A stretch of DNA of 64,000 nt, taken from assembly GCF_000143415.4 (NCBI RefSeq), contig NW_003314353.1, positions 338,140 to 402,139 of the forward strand, read 5' to 3'. Origin of the DNA: Selaginella moellendorffii (lineage: Eukaryota; Plantae; Lycopodiophyta). Below, one piece after another: positions 1 to 12,338 of this stretch; positions within the stretch are counted from its first letter, which is position 1; every line of letters begins with the position of its first letter. The position numbers and the translations under genes were made by a program. Below the pieces are notes generated by a model. That model did no database searches and had not been told where the DNA came from. It worked only from the letters and a program-made list of their open reading frames with translations.

Positions 1-930
1 AAAGAGTAAGCTTCCAAGCTTCGGATCCAAAAGATTTAGAAAGCAAAGTTCTTACCCGATTAACGAAGCTTTCCACAAAACTTTGAATCTCTTCTTCAAG
101 AAATAGATACAAGCACCGAGACTAAGTATCACCTGTCAAAAACAATAGCGTAAACTTAGTCTGCGATGCTCGAAACGAAGAAAGAAACAAAAGCGTGAAA
201 ATCTCTTTACCTGGAAGCTTGGACCTGTGGCTGCCGCCTCCAAAACGCTCCAGACTCCCAAAACGAAGAAAGCAAACGCTCTTGCGGCTATGACGACCGT
301 GGGTGGCGTATCAAACCGGTCCGTCAGCTTCTGGAGCCACACTGGAGGAGGTTTGAGGACTTTGGGCTTTCTCCGGTACCTCTTCAAGCTCTCCGAGATG
401 ACTTTGTCGTAGGCCGACTCGATCGAGGCCTTGCTCTTGGGATGAGCGCCGTAAAGCTTGAGCAAGTAGTTTCGAGCTGCTCGGACCTCCTCCTCGGATG
501 CCTCGTTGCTGATTCCCAGCCGCTTGTACGGGTCTCTCACGTCAACTCTGGGGAAAATCGGTGTAGAGCCTGGAGTAAATCAGTTCCGTAGCGAAGAACA
601 CGGGAAAAATTCTCAAAAAGTCACGCGAACTCAAGCAGCATAACGAAAAAGAAAAATATTTATAACTTAAAAGTGCAAGGAAAAGAAATCGAGCAAGAAG
701 ACATGACCAGGATTTGCAGGATTACCTGAGGTTTCTCCAGCACCGAACATTGCACAGCAAATTGTTCTTCGAAAGTTTTCACTCCGCTTATAGAACACAT
801 CCCTGCAAGACTCCAATCAGCATGTTTTCTGAATCAAAGCGGCCCACCTTTTCGTAGAAGACCCATGTAGCAAAAAAACTCTGTGCTGCTGAGACGCGAC
901 CGGCGGCGGCACCCACACAGCAGCCGCCAT
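1..930 (-). CDS. CPP1/CJD1-like chloroplast J-domain-like protein (DUF3353 family), multi-exon, 3' end runs off the window
   Basis: ATG at 930-928 with GT-AG introns. An exon reads STPIFPRVDVRDPYKRLGISNEASEEEVRAARNYLL...SIESAYDK, followed by a hydrophobic segment, matching the plant CPP1/CJD1 family signature. Confidence 0.8.
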
Positions 931-1029
931 GGGTAGAAAAAACTCAAGAGCACGAATCGGTCAGGCGCATATTCCGACAATTTTAACCTGGAAGCTTAGG
1001 ATATTCCGCTAGGAAAAACCTCTTCTCCT

Positions 1030-1935
1030 CTACTTGATCTTGAAAGTGGTGACCCGGATTATATCGTCGTCGGTCTCGAGCTTCCTTTGGAGTTCTTTCA
1101 CGCTGCCTGGTTTCGTTGCGAAGGTAAACATGTAGAAGATGCCATCGACGTACGTGTTCTTCTCGCCCCGGGTGTTCTTCTTGAGGATCCCGTAAGCTAG
1201 CGGCATGATTCCCCTGTTGAAGATCTCCACGTCCATTCCACCACCAGCGATGATCATCTGTGTGACAATGCGTAATGAGAAGAAACGAGTAGAAAAATTC
1301 GCAAGAGAACAAGCATCAAGAGAAGCTAGAACGTTGAGAGAAAGGTAAGAAAATCTCACAGAACAAGTAACAAACGTGAGTGAAAGCCATTCGTGATCAT
1401 TCAAGCAAGCAAGAGAGGCAAAAGCTCGAAAGGAATTCAAGAAAAAAGTATCGATACTGGAAGAACTAGAACCCAAAGAAAATAATTTTTTTTGGCTTAC
1501 CTCTTCGTATCGTTGCGAGAGTGCCAATCTTTGCTCCTCGGTGATGTCCGGCCGAAGAACAGCCATGGTCTCGTAGCGAGTGAAGCCTTTGGGATACACA
1601 ACTCGGGGTTTCACCGCCTCTGCCTCGTCGCCTTTGTCACCGGATTCGCCATCGTTCTTCCCGGAATCCGGCGATTCGCTTGGCGCTTCCGTTACCTCAG
1701 CCGCGGATTCACCCGCCGTGGCCACGGACGATTCATCCTCCGCCATGGCCAAAAGCCTAGAGCTCAATCGCGGCTGGATTCCTCGCCCAGAAGACCTGCA
1801 TTTCTGGATTTCCAGGCTCAAACCTTTGCATCGGATCGAGCAGCCGCGCTGCGCCGATGCCGGAGCTGGAGCTGGGGCGGCACTGCCGATGGAGATCGTG
1901 GAGCGCCCGAGCGAAGTCGCGAAGGCCATAGCCAT
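1030..1935 (-). CDS. PRPS6: Plastid 30S ribosomal protein S6, two exons (1935-1501, 1257-1030)
   Basis: Ser/Ala-rich transit peptide, then RYETMAVLRPD...RYEE|MIIAGGGMDVEIFNRGIMPLAY...DDDIIR. The intron 1500-1258 has GTAAG...CAG ends. Confidence 0.92.
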   Translation of the reverse strand: MAMAFATSLGRSTISIGSAAPAPAPASAQRGCSIRCKGLSLEIQKCRSSGRGIQPRLSSRLLAMAEDESSVATAGESAAEVTEAPSESPDSGKNDGESGDKGDEAEAVKPRVVYPKGFTRYETMAVLRPDITEEQRLALSQRYEEVSQKKLFSLGSSSSSIDTFFLNSFRAFASLACLNDHEWLSLTFVTCSVRFSYLSLNVLASLDACSLANFSTRFFSLRIVTQMIIAGGGMDVEIFNRGIMPLAYGILKKNTRGEKNTYVDGIFYMFTFATKPGSVKELQRKLETDDDIIRVTTFKIK

Positions 1936-2229
1936 CGATAGAACCCTAAAATCCCTCCTCTTTAAGCGCGGGAAATTACAGATAGCGCTTAGGGTATAGT
2001 CACAGCGCCAAGAAATGGAGGAGGAGCTGCGACGAGCTGGAGGAGCCGATCATCGTCATCAAGTGGCCTATTTTCAGCGCTTCCTCGCTGCGCCTAGCAA
2101 GAAATCTTTGCTGTGAATGCTACTGCTATGTCGATTGGGGCAAAGAGCGACACAGCTACAAGCACGAAGAGCGAGGATCTGAGGAAGAGCAGCAAGAATG
2201 GTGCGAAGAAAATCAAGAGGAAGATCATA

Positions 2230-4401
2230 ATGTGGGCTACCTGTCGCCGGCGGATTCTATGCCTCCCAGCTCCGGATGCTGTGTGTGGAGGTAGGAGTGG
2301 CCATCGGATTGTATGTGTTCCTCATCTTAGCGGTGGACGAGGAGCCAACTCTTCTTCTTCTTCGGAGGTATTCATCGCTTTCCAGACGAACGCTTGCTTC
2401 ACTGTTTTTTTTTTCTTTCGTTGGCTAGACCAAGGAACAATGCGAGTTTTCTTCCTGGCTCAAGCGTCGCGGGGAGCACGATCCTAACACTGGCCTCAGC
2501 ATTGGATTGTCACCGCATGGAAGGTGAGCGTTCTATGTTCTCTCCAGGATTGTTTTGACAGCTCTTTTGTTCTTCCAGAGGATTGTTTGCCTCTCGCCCC
2601 ATACATACTGGAGAATGCATGTTACATGTTTCACATGATCTGGTAAGCTTTGAGACTTGCATTGCGAGATCACCATCGATGCTTTTCTACGAAGTTAGAT
2701 GATCACCCCGGAAAAACTTCCGGAAGAAGTAACGAAGCTACTGTCGAAGGACGTGAGTGCATGGGCAAAGCTAGCGCTTTTCTTGCTTGCTCACCAGAAG
2801 AAAAAAGAGGTATCTACGTTTAAGAACCTTTCCTTTTCTTTCTTTTCTCAGAACGCGTAAGCGTTTGCTTTCAGACGTCCGCATGGGCTCCTTATATAAG
2901 TTGCTTACCTCCTTTCGGTAGCATGCATAGCACTGTAAGTGACCTTTTGGGCTTTTCTTTCTCTCTCTTTAACAACCTGTCGATTTGGCCAGATTTTCTG
3001 GACACAAGACGAGCTGGTTTACTTAAAAGTGAGCCCTGTTTATCGCGAAACTGTACAGAGAAAGGACGTGGTGAGAATGGAATTTGCAGCAGCAGAAAAT
3101 GTCTGGTTTTTCTTTTAACCAGTTTATATATTCAAGCTGAGCTCTTCCATTTGCAGGCACTTCTACTCTGCCCACACATTTTTGGTAGTCGAGTTTCCGC
3201 GCTGGAGTTCAAGCATGCTTATGCAACAGGTTAAACTTTTCGTTTGCTCACGTATCCTCATTGATTACATTACAGTTTGCTCTCGTGCTTGGGGGATCGA
3301 AACGATTAAATCACTTGCTTTGGTATGTTCTCTTCCATCTGTTGTGTGAAGTGCTGAAAATGGGGATAGGTTCCTTTTGTGGATTTCTTCAATCATGATG
3401 CCAATTGCCGCGCGATGCTTTCGTACGACGAGGACAGACATTGTGCAGAGGTATTTGTTCTCTTGTTAGGAAATCGACTCACAATAGAATGGAACTATAG
3501 GTTGTTTCAGATCGGGACTATGCTACTGGAGACCAAGTATGTACCAGTTTTTCTTGATCTGAACTACGACTAAAGTTTGTGATGGAAGGTGGTCATTAGC
3601 TATGGTCAGCTCTCGAATGCAACACTTGCTCTCGACTTTGGTTTTGCTCTTCCCTTCAATCCTCACGATCAGGTTGTGATTGTTTTACCAATATAACTCT
3701 CTGACTGCTATTTCGCCCGCTGTAGGCTGGAATCTGGTTGAGCCTTTCGGAAAAGGATCCGCTTCGCGACAGCAAACTTAAGCTTCTGCACTCGCACAAC
3801 ATGCAAACTTGCGTCACCAGAGAGGGTGTGGATACTGCTGGAAGTTCGTTTTCTCTTCAGTAAGCGCTTGCGTGTAGCTAGAAATATGTTGCAACAACTG
3901 TGTCATTTTCCACAGAGAGGTAAAGTCGAAAGCAGGCAGAGGGAAGGGTATTCCACAAACTTTACGTGCTTTTGCCCGTGTTGTATGTGCAACAACGTCG
4001 GAAGGTTTGTAAGACTTAAATATATTCCAAGAAGCTAACTGTGCTTTCCGACGCAGAGCTAGACGAAATGGCTAAGTTTGCTGCTGATACTGATGGTCGT
4101 CTTGCTCGCCGGCCATCAATTGATAAGACCAAGGAGCACAAAGCAATGACGCTGCTGCAAACAGTCATTGACAATAGGATACAAAAACACGAACAAGCAG
4201 CATTGGTACTTGTCTCACTTTTCCTTCTTATGGTGTTTACTCTAACTTTCTTCCAATCCATTCCAGGCAATCCGGGACTCTGCGGTCTTGCAAAAACCAA
4301 GAAAAGAGATCGCAAAGGCCATAGTAGGTGGTGAGCTTCGAGTTCTTCGTTCTGCCAGTGCTTGGTTAAAACAGCATTCCCAGGCACTATTACAAACTTA
4401 A
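2230..4401 (+). CDS. SET-domain protein-lysine methyltransferase, Rubisco-LSMT/SETD3-like, many short introns (alternative in-frame start 2128)
   Basis: Exon fragments GR|GLFASRPIHTGECML, SAWAPYISCLP, VPFVDFFNHD (SET NH motif), VVISYGQLSNATLALDFGF, LSEKDPLRDSKLKLL; stop TAA at 4399-4401. Confidence 0.85.
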
Positions 4402-4566
4402 AAAGTTTTCCATTTACGATTCTTCTCTCAAACGTCTTGTTTACAGTGACATAGGTGCCTTCTAAAACTCTCGGACAAGCCCTTGAGTACCGTGAGTCTG
4501 AAGAAAGACAACGGAAACGAGGAAGCTAAATCTACGTTTCTCAGGACAAAAGAGTGCCTCGTATCC

Positions 4567-5379
4567 TTAGTTATTTGGTGCTAACACTTCTACCTCCGGC
4601 TGGGAAGGTTTAGAGGAGCTCTGGGAAGAAGCCACCTTTCGAAAAACGAGCCTTTGCTGGAGAACGTCCTCCGAGGGAGCGACGAGCTCCGCGTCCACGA
4701 GTATGGTGTCGTCTTCCTTGTAGTCCCCGCGGAGGATTCCCTTCGCGATTGGATTCTCCACTTGGTGCTGGACGACTCTCTTCACGGGCCGAGCGCCAAA
4801 GCTCGGATCATAGCCCATCTTCCCGAGAAGGTCCACTGCCGATTCACTGATCGTCATGCTGATCTTCCGGTCTTTCAGTCTATGCTGTACTCTCGCAAGC
4901 TGGCAAAATCAACAAAGAACACGTTAAAAACTTCGCAAGAGGAGGTATGGAAAGTGATCGACTTTACCTGTAGCTTGACAATCTTGTTGATCTGTTCCCG
5001 GTCCAGCGGCTTAAACACGATGTACTCGTCGATCCGGTTGAGAAACTCTGGGCGAAAGTTTTGGCGTGCGACATCCATCACGCGATCCTTCATCCGCTCA
5101 TACGACTCTCCGGCCTCGAGGCTGTTGAGGATGAACTGCGAGCCGATGTTGGAGGTCATGATAATGATGCTGTTCTTGAAGCTCACTTTGCGGCCCTGCG
5201 AGTCCGTCACCCTTCCATCGTCGAGAATCTGGAGGAAGATGTTAAACACGTCCGAGTGGGCCTTCTCGATCTCGTCGAACAGCACCACCGAGTAAGGCCG
5301 CCTCCTCACAGCCTCACTGAGCTGACCACCTTCTTCATACCCAACGTATCCCGGCGGAGCACCGATCAACCGAGACACA

Positions 5380-5410
<31 letters not shown>

Positions 5411-8004
5411 TCCGGATGAGCGCCTCCTCGGTGTTGAAGAGATACGCCGCCAGCGCTTTCGCCAGCTCCGTCTTTCCAACTCCAGTCGGCCCCATGAACA
5501 TGAAGCTCGCGATCGGCCGGTTTGGATCGGACAGCCCGGCTCGCGAGCGCTGGATAGCGTCGGCTACTGCCTGAACAGCCGGCTCCTGTCCAACTACGCG
5601 CTTGTGGAGCTCGTCATCGATGTGTAGCAGCTTCTCCATCTCGGACTGGAGGAGCTTCGAGACCGGGATGCCCGTCCACTTGCTGACGATCTCCGCGATA
5701 TCGTCGGACGTTACCTCCTCTCGGAGCATGGAACTTCCTCGGCTTTGGTACTCGTCCAAGTTCTTCTCGGCCACTTCGAGCTGCCGCTGCAAGCTCATGA
5801 GGCTGCCATATTTCAGCTCCGCCGCGCGGTTCAAGTCGTAGTCCCGCTCGGCCTGCTGGATCTCAAGGTTCACTCTGTCCACCTCCTCTTTGATGGATTG
5901 GATTTTGAGCATGACTGATTTTTCGTGCTCCCACTGCTGCGTGACTTCTTTCTGTTTCTCTTTCAGCGCTTCGAGCTCGACGTTCAGCTTGTCCAGCCGA
6001 TCCCGGGAGGCCTTGTCCGTGTCGTTCTTGAGCGACAGCCTCTCCATCTCCAGCTTCAAAACGGCGCGGTCGATCTCATCGAGATGAGTTGGTTTGGATG
6101 TTATTTCCATCTTGAGCTTCGCAGCTGCTTCGTCAACGAGGTCGATGGCTGCAGTGAAAAAAACAGAGAAAAAGTTGACCATGATATGAAAATCAAAGTG
6201 GACTGTTGATACCTTTGTCGGGCAGAAATCTGTCGCTGATGTATCTGTCAGAGAGCAACGCGGCGGCAACGAGCGCACTGTCAGAAATGCGCACGCCATG
6301 ATGCAGCTCGTAGCGCTCGCGCAGTCCTCGAAGTATCGAGATAGTGTCCTCAACCGTGGGCTGGTCCACAAAGACTTGCTGAAAGCGACGCTCCAGCGCC
6401 GGATCTTTTTCAATATACTTTCTGTACTCGTCGAGAGTTGTGGCACCAATGCACCGCAGCTCTCCGCGACCGAGCATAGGCTTTAGAAGGTTCCCGGCAT
6501 CCATTGCGCCGTTTGTAGCTCCTACGAATCATATCCTCCGGTTAGATGTGCTCACAAGCAATTTAAAATCTCTCAACGTACCTGCGCCAACAACTGTGTG
6601 GATCTCGTCGATGAAAAGGACGATCCTTCCATCCGACTCAGACACCTCCTTCAAGACCGCTTTCAACCGGTCTTCAAATTCACCGCGATACTTGGCGCCG
6701 GCTATCAACGCACCCATGTCAAGAGAAACAAGCTGCCAGTCAAAAGAAGATTTAGTATCTAGTTTATGCTGCATTAAGTCAAGAGCCGTACCTTTCGATC
6801 CATCAAAGCTTCGGGTACATCCCCTTGTACAATACGCTGAGCTAACCTGAAGTTGACGAGTTTGTTAGATACGCAACGAAAGATAAACAACACCTCCTAC
6901 CCTTCAGCGATGGCTGTTTTGCCGACTCCAGGCTCACCAATAAAAACCGGATTGTTCTTCGTTCTCCTGCAGAGAATCTGGATGCAGCGCCGGATTTCGT
7001 CATCCCGTCCTATCACAGGGTCAAGCTTTCCTTGACGAGCCATTTCGGTCAAGTCCTTTCCGTACTTGTCCAAAGCCTCGTATTTTCCTTCCGGTGCTGA
7101 AAACCAGAACTTCACACGTTTAGTACAGAAATTTAGGAAACCATATGAGAAAGCATTACATTGATCAGTGACTTTCTGCGATCCCCGAATAGATTCAACT
7201 GCAGTTCTCAAGGCTTTAGCGGTAATCTGGTATTCTTTAAAGAGAACTTGCCCGAATCGTTTGTCTTGCAAATACCCCAAGAGCAAGTGCTCAATGGAGA
7301 CGTAGGAGTCCCCCATGTCTTTCATGAAGCCTCTTGCCCGGTCGAGAAGTGCTTCCAGCTCTCGCCCAAGCATAGAACCTCCGGTCTCACCGACAATCTA
7401 AACCATAGCTCACGTAAGACTCACAAAACAATGCAGCTGAAAACCAGAAACACATACCTTTGGCTGCCGCTGAATGAACCTCTCCGTAGATTCGAGGAGC
7501 CCAGTGTTGTCGACACCAACTTTTCCAAAAACTCGCCTTGCCAAACCATTCTTCTGTTCTAGGAGAGCTTTCATCAGGTGCTCCGTCTCGACGATTTGCT
7601 GCTTGTTCTCCTTGGCAATTTCCGGGGACACGACAATCGCTTGCCATGCCATGTCCGTAAAGTCGGCCTGGCTAATCTGTGAGTGAAGAAACAAAAGAAT
7701 GATAGAAACGTCGTAAGTTCTAAAGCACGAACGGAAGAGCTAGACTTACTCGTCCATCTTTCCCTGGTGATGCAGCACACCGGGTAACAACGCGAAAATT
7801 CCTTCCATGCTGCCTTGTCAAAAACCTCTTGGAGCTCAAATTCGTTGCTCGCAAGCCTTGGAAAGAGCTAAACCCGCGCTCCTCTCTCCGGTAGCATCGC
7901 ACCACACTTCTAGTCGATCGAGAGAGCACTAAATTCGCCGCCGATTCTCGCTGCGCCGCATTGAAACACGACTGGACCAATCCCGAGGTGGAAGCAGCAG
8001 CCAT
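4567..8004 (-). CDS. CLPB: Organellar (probably plastid) ClpB/Hsp100 chaperone, multi-exon
   Basis: Transit peptide and Clp N domain ([10 protein letters not shown]). NBD1: [34 protein letters not shown]. Coiled-coil M domain: [14 protein letters not shown]2: [33 protein letters not shown]. Confidence 0.95.
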
Positions 8005-8870
8005 AGAGCAGAGGAAATTCCCACCGATTGAGCTGGAGCTCGCGAATTCTCGCGATCACTGCCCGCGATATTTATGTGTAGCTCTCACCGCCAATCCCTG
8101 CCTCCCCACGAACCCTAGCCCAGCCCTAATATTACCGACATTGTGACACGTCGCGAATATTTGAGAACGCTCTAGACGATGATCATGGTCCACACATTTT
8201 CTCTAGAGCTCTGCCAGCGTGGCACTATTTGCTGACCTGGAAGATTGTGTGTCACGTGTCTGATAGCATCGGAGATAGCCGGAAAAGGTAAGAAAACGTT
8301 TTCGTTTTTCTTTGACCGGTTTGACTGGCAGCTCACCTAACCCGGCAGTTTAATTGTTCTTTTTTGACCGGCAGATCAAAACGTGTCCAGTGGCCGTCAC
8401 GGCTGAGGGGTCGACCGGCACGACTGATGTCAGTGACGGTGAGGGATGAGGGGCAAAAGAGAGAAGTGCGCCTCACGTAAGCAAACAACACCTTTGGGTT
8501 AGTTTTTATAGGCCGAGAATCCCAGCCCAGGCCGCCCAGGGCTCGCCTTGCGCTGGATCGATCTAGGATTTGATCGATCTCTCCAAGGAATTCCTCGGTT
8601 CCGCAGCTAAATCTCGTCGCGGCTCACACATTTTGGCGGAGGAATCGCATCGCGACGGCGTTTATAAGAAATGCTTCCGTGATTGCCCAGGAACTAGGTA
8701 GCGCGTCCACGCAGGTAGGCACGATATTTCGGCCATTCCACTCGCATTCCGGGCATGATCGCTCTAGCATTGATTCGATTGGAATCGATTGCGCCATAAA
8801 TGGTGTCCTAAAACTTTCGATTTCCTCGCAGACTTTCCACTCGCCCTCTCTAGGCTAATCGATCGCCTCC

Positions 8871-10327
8871 ATGACGATTGAGAGCGTAAAGGATGCTGTC
8901 AAGGACACTGTCTGTGTGACCGGCGCCAATGGATTTGTGGCTTCTTGGCTCGTCAAGCTCCTCCTGGAAAGAGGATACACAGTCCATGGAACGGTGAGAA
9001 ATCCCGGTACGCGAGTAAATTCTTCTCGACTTCCATGTCTCTTCTACCTTTTATCTCTTACCATGGATCTTTCTCTATTTTTTTTCCTTTATCCAGATGA
9101 TGAGAGGAACGATCACTTAAAAGCTTTCGATGGCGCAAAAGAGAGGCTCAGCCTGTGGAAAGCGGACATACTTGACTATGAAAGTATCTCGGCTGCTACA
9201 AAGGGTTGTCAAGGAATTTTCCACACGGCCTGTCCGGTCACTGATGATCTTGGGATTGTCCAGGTATGTAGCAAGTAGATCTTTGGCATTTTCCGATCAT
9301 AGCTTAGTATAAAAAACGACAATGATAGGACATCCACCTCCATCTCTGACATTATTTGCCTTTGGTGGAATGCATTATGTAGGAACCAGCTGTTCGTGGC
9401 ACTTTAAACATACTCAAGGCCGCAGTGGAGCACCATGTGAAGCGAGTCGTGCTCACATCCTCCGTGGGGTCCGTTTACATGGATCCGAAGAGGCCCGTGG
9501 AAGAGGTCGTGAGCGAGGAGATGTGGAGCGACGTTCAGTATCTCAAGGACACAAGAGTAGGCGTTTTCTCTTGTTTTGGTTTTCATCTAGTTCGTGAACT
9601 AACAGGGAGAGTTTTCCAGAATGGCTACTGCCTCGCAAAAACTTTGGCCGAGTCGGCTGCCTGGGAGTTCGCAAACCAGAACCATGTGGATATGGTGACT
9701 GTGAATCCGTCAGTGGTTCTTGGCCCGCTGCTTCAGAGCACGATGAATGCTAGCACCACGCACATCCTCAAGTATCTTACAGGCAAGTTTCTGTCAATGT
9801 AGCTTGCTAGAATTTCGCACCGTTTGTTCTAACAGTGAATTATTCACGCAGGAGCAACCAAAGTGTACACAAATCACTGTCAAGCTTACGTCGACGTGAG
9901 AGATGTGGCCGAGGCACACATTCTCGTGTACGAGGAGCCTAGTGCTTGCGGGAGGTACTTGTGTGCTGAGAACATACTCCACCGCGGGGAGGTTGTGGAG
10001 GCCATGGCAAAACTTTTTCCGGACTATCCAATCCCGCGAAAGTGAGTGATCGCTGTTTATTCGGTTACGTCCTTTTTTTTTTTTTTCCTTTCCTTTCCTC
10101 GTTTGCTTTCTCGTTGTTTTCGTTGTCTTTGCTTTCATAACACTGTTTGTGGTGCTGAAAACGTTTACTTTGTTATTTTTGCCAGGCCCAAAGACGATTC
10201 TCCGCGTGTGAAGTCGTGGAAGATTTCAACCAAGCGGCTGCAGGATTTGGGGCTCAAGTTTAGGCCCTTTGAGGAGTACATTGCAGACACAGTCCACAGC
10301 CTGCAAGAGAAGGGATTCATACAATAG
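8871..10327 (+). CDS. CCR: Cinnamoyl-CoA reductase (CCR) family SDR, multi-exon
   Basis: [57 protein letters not shown] (YxxxK), [43 protein letters not shown]. Confidence 0.92.
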
Positions 10328-10502
10328 AAACCAAATTATAAATAATAATATTGATTTAGCTATGTTAATGAAAGCTCTATTTTTCATTTTTTATTTTACT
10401 TCTCATCTTTTATAATTATATGTGCAAATAACTATATTAATTATAATTAATGTAGCGATCTCAAAAATACTTAACTTGACGGTTTAGATTACTTCTGCGA
10501 TT

Positions 10503-11081
10503 ATGCTGCTTTTGCGGCGAGGCATAAACACCAAGAGCTTTTTCATCCCCTCCTTCTCAACATCAGAACTGGCCTCTCGGAACGTTCCATTTAGGCGCCA
10601 TCGCTTCGCTCCCGGATGCCAAATGCGGCAATCATCAAGGCCCAAGGACGAAAAGGAGCCAGCTTGGATGTCAAAGTTGTCCGGGATTTGCAGAGGTAGG
10701 AGTGCCACTAAGTCATGCTCGCCTTTTGCTACCATTTGGACGACAAGGAGCTTGATCAGGCAAGAAGAAGAAGAGCTCTACATTGATCGTCACCTCCCTC
10801 GAGCTCAAGCCCACGAGATCGTGCGCGAGATCTCTCAAGTTTTGCCACAGTCGTCATACCGGTGGCTAGATTCGACAGCAAAGTGCCGGGACGTGGAGGT
10901 GAGGAGCAAGAGCTCGTCCATTCTTGCACCTGTTCTTGGGATCGAAGTCGTCAGTGAGCTGAGCCGGAACAGATGCGAGATGGAATTCTACATGGGCGAG
11001 CTCGTCCAAGCTCCCGTTTTGCAGCAGCTGGTGACTGACTTCGTGTTCTATTATTGGTTTCCACGCACAGGATCTTCATGA
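10503..11081 (+). other. Unassigned 192-aa ORF, possible gene fragment
   Basis: GC-rich open frame starting with ATG, set in AT-rich flanks; no family recognised. Confidence 0.25.
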
Positions 11082-11872
11082 AGGTGAGCATACCCCCAGA
11101 GAGTCTGAGCTGGCTTGGTCAATTCTGGGCTGGAAACGCTGATCAAGAGGTGATTATACCACAATTATGAATTATGATAACAACATAGCCACCTTATGCA
11201 AAGTACAAAAAGTTGTATGTGTGACATTTTTTGCTCCACGGTAAGACGTGTGTAGGCTGTGCAGGATTAATTAATATTATGCAATAAAATCTTTGTTTTG
11301 GATTGTAAATTTGGAGAGACCTAAACTATTGGGCTTTACCATTGCATATGAATATACCAAAAGTTGTTCTTCATTATTCAATTCTCAATTCTAGGGAATT
11401 GATTGTTGTTAAAGTATAGATAGTCTTTGAGATTGTGTAGATAAACAGTTGGTACTTGTTCTTATGATCTATCTCTCAGTTAACACTAGCATTAAACTCT
11501 ATTGTTACATATGATTATAGTTTTGTTATACCCAATTGAAAACATTGTTTCCAACAAGTTACTATTCCTACCTAATATGAGCCACCCGCACATATTATCC
11601 CCGTCTCTATATAAATAGAGATACATGTATACAAATACACTAAAAATACACACATACTATTTTTTATTAGAAGAGAAAAACACACAATAGAACAATATAT
11701 TGTTTCCACATGAACAATTATGGTAGATATAGTGATATATACAGCAAGATTCTCTAACTTTGGTATATACACCGGGAAAAACACCAAGAAAAGAAGTCAG
11801 CAACAGTGTTTATACATATCTCTATATACATATATATATATACATATATATACCGAGAGAAAAATTTTTATC

Positions 11873-11875
<3 letters not shown>

Positions 11876-11971
<96 letters not shown>

Positions 11972-12338
11972 ATATGTATATATGTATGTATGTATGTATA
12001 TATGTATGTATGTGTATATGTATGTATGTATGTATGTATGTATATATATGTATATATATATATGTATATATGTATATCTATATGTATATATATGTATGTA
12101 TATATGTATGTATATGTATATATATATATGTATATATATGTATATATATGTATGTATATATGTATATCTATATGTATATATATGTATGTATATATGTATG
12201 TATATGTATATATATATATGTATATATATGTATATATATGTATGTATATATGTATATATATATATGTATATATATGTATATATATATCCATCTGTGTGTG
12301 TGTATGTGTGTGTATGTGTGTGTGTATATGCGTGTGTG
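11876..12338. repeat. Compound microsatellite (TA)n / (TATG)n / (TG)n
   Basis: Pure TA run about 11876-11958, then TATG/TA variants including a 90-bp higher-order duplication (TATATCTA with C at 12078 and 12168), ending in TG repeats. Confidence 0.97.

Noticed and set aside
4654-6850. Plus-strand ORFs overlapping ClpB (and similar antisense ORFs over PRPS6 and pol)
   Set aside because: Shadow frames of GC-rich coding sequence.
8160-8215. Heat-shock element upstream of ClpB (aGAAcgCTCtaGAC)
   Set aside because: Only one of three nGAAn units is perfect; too weak to call.
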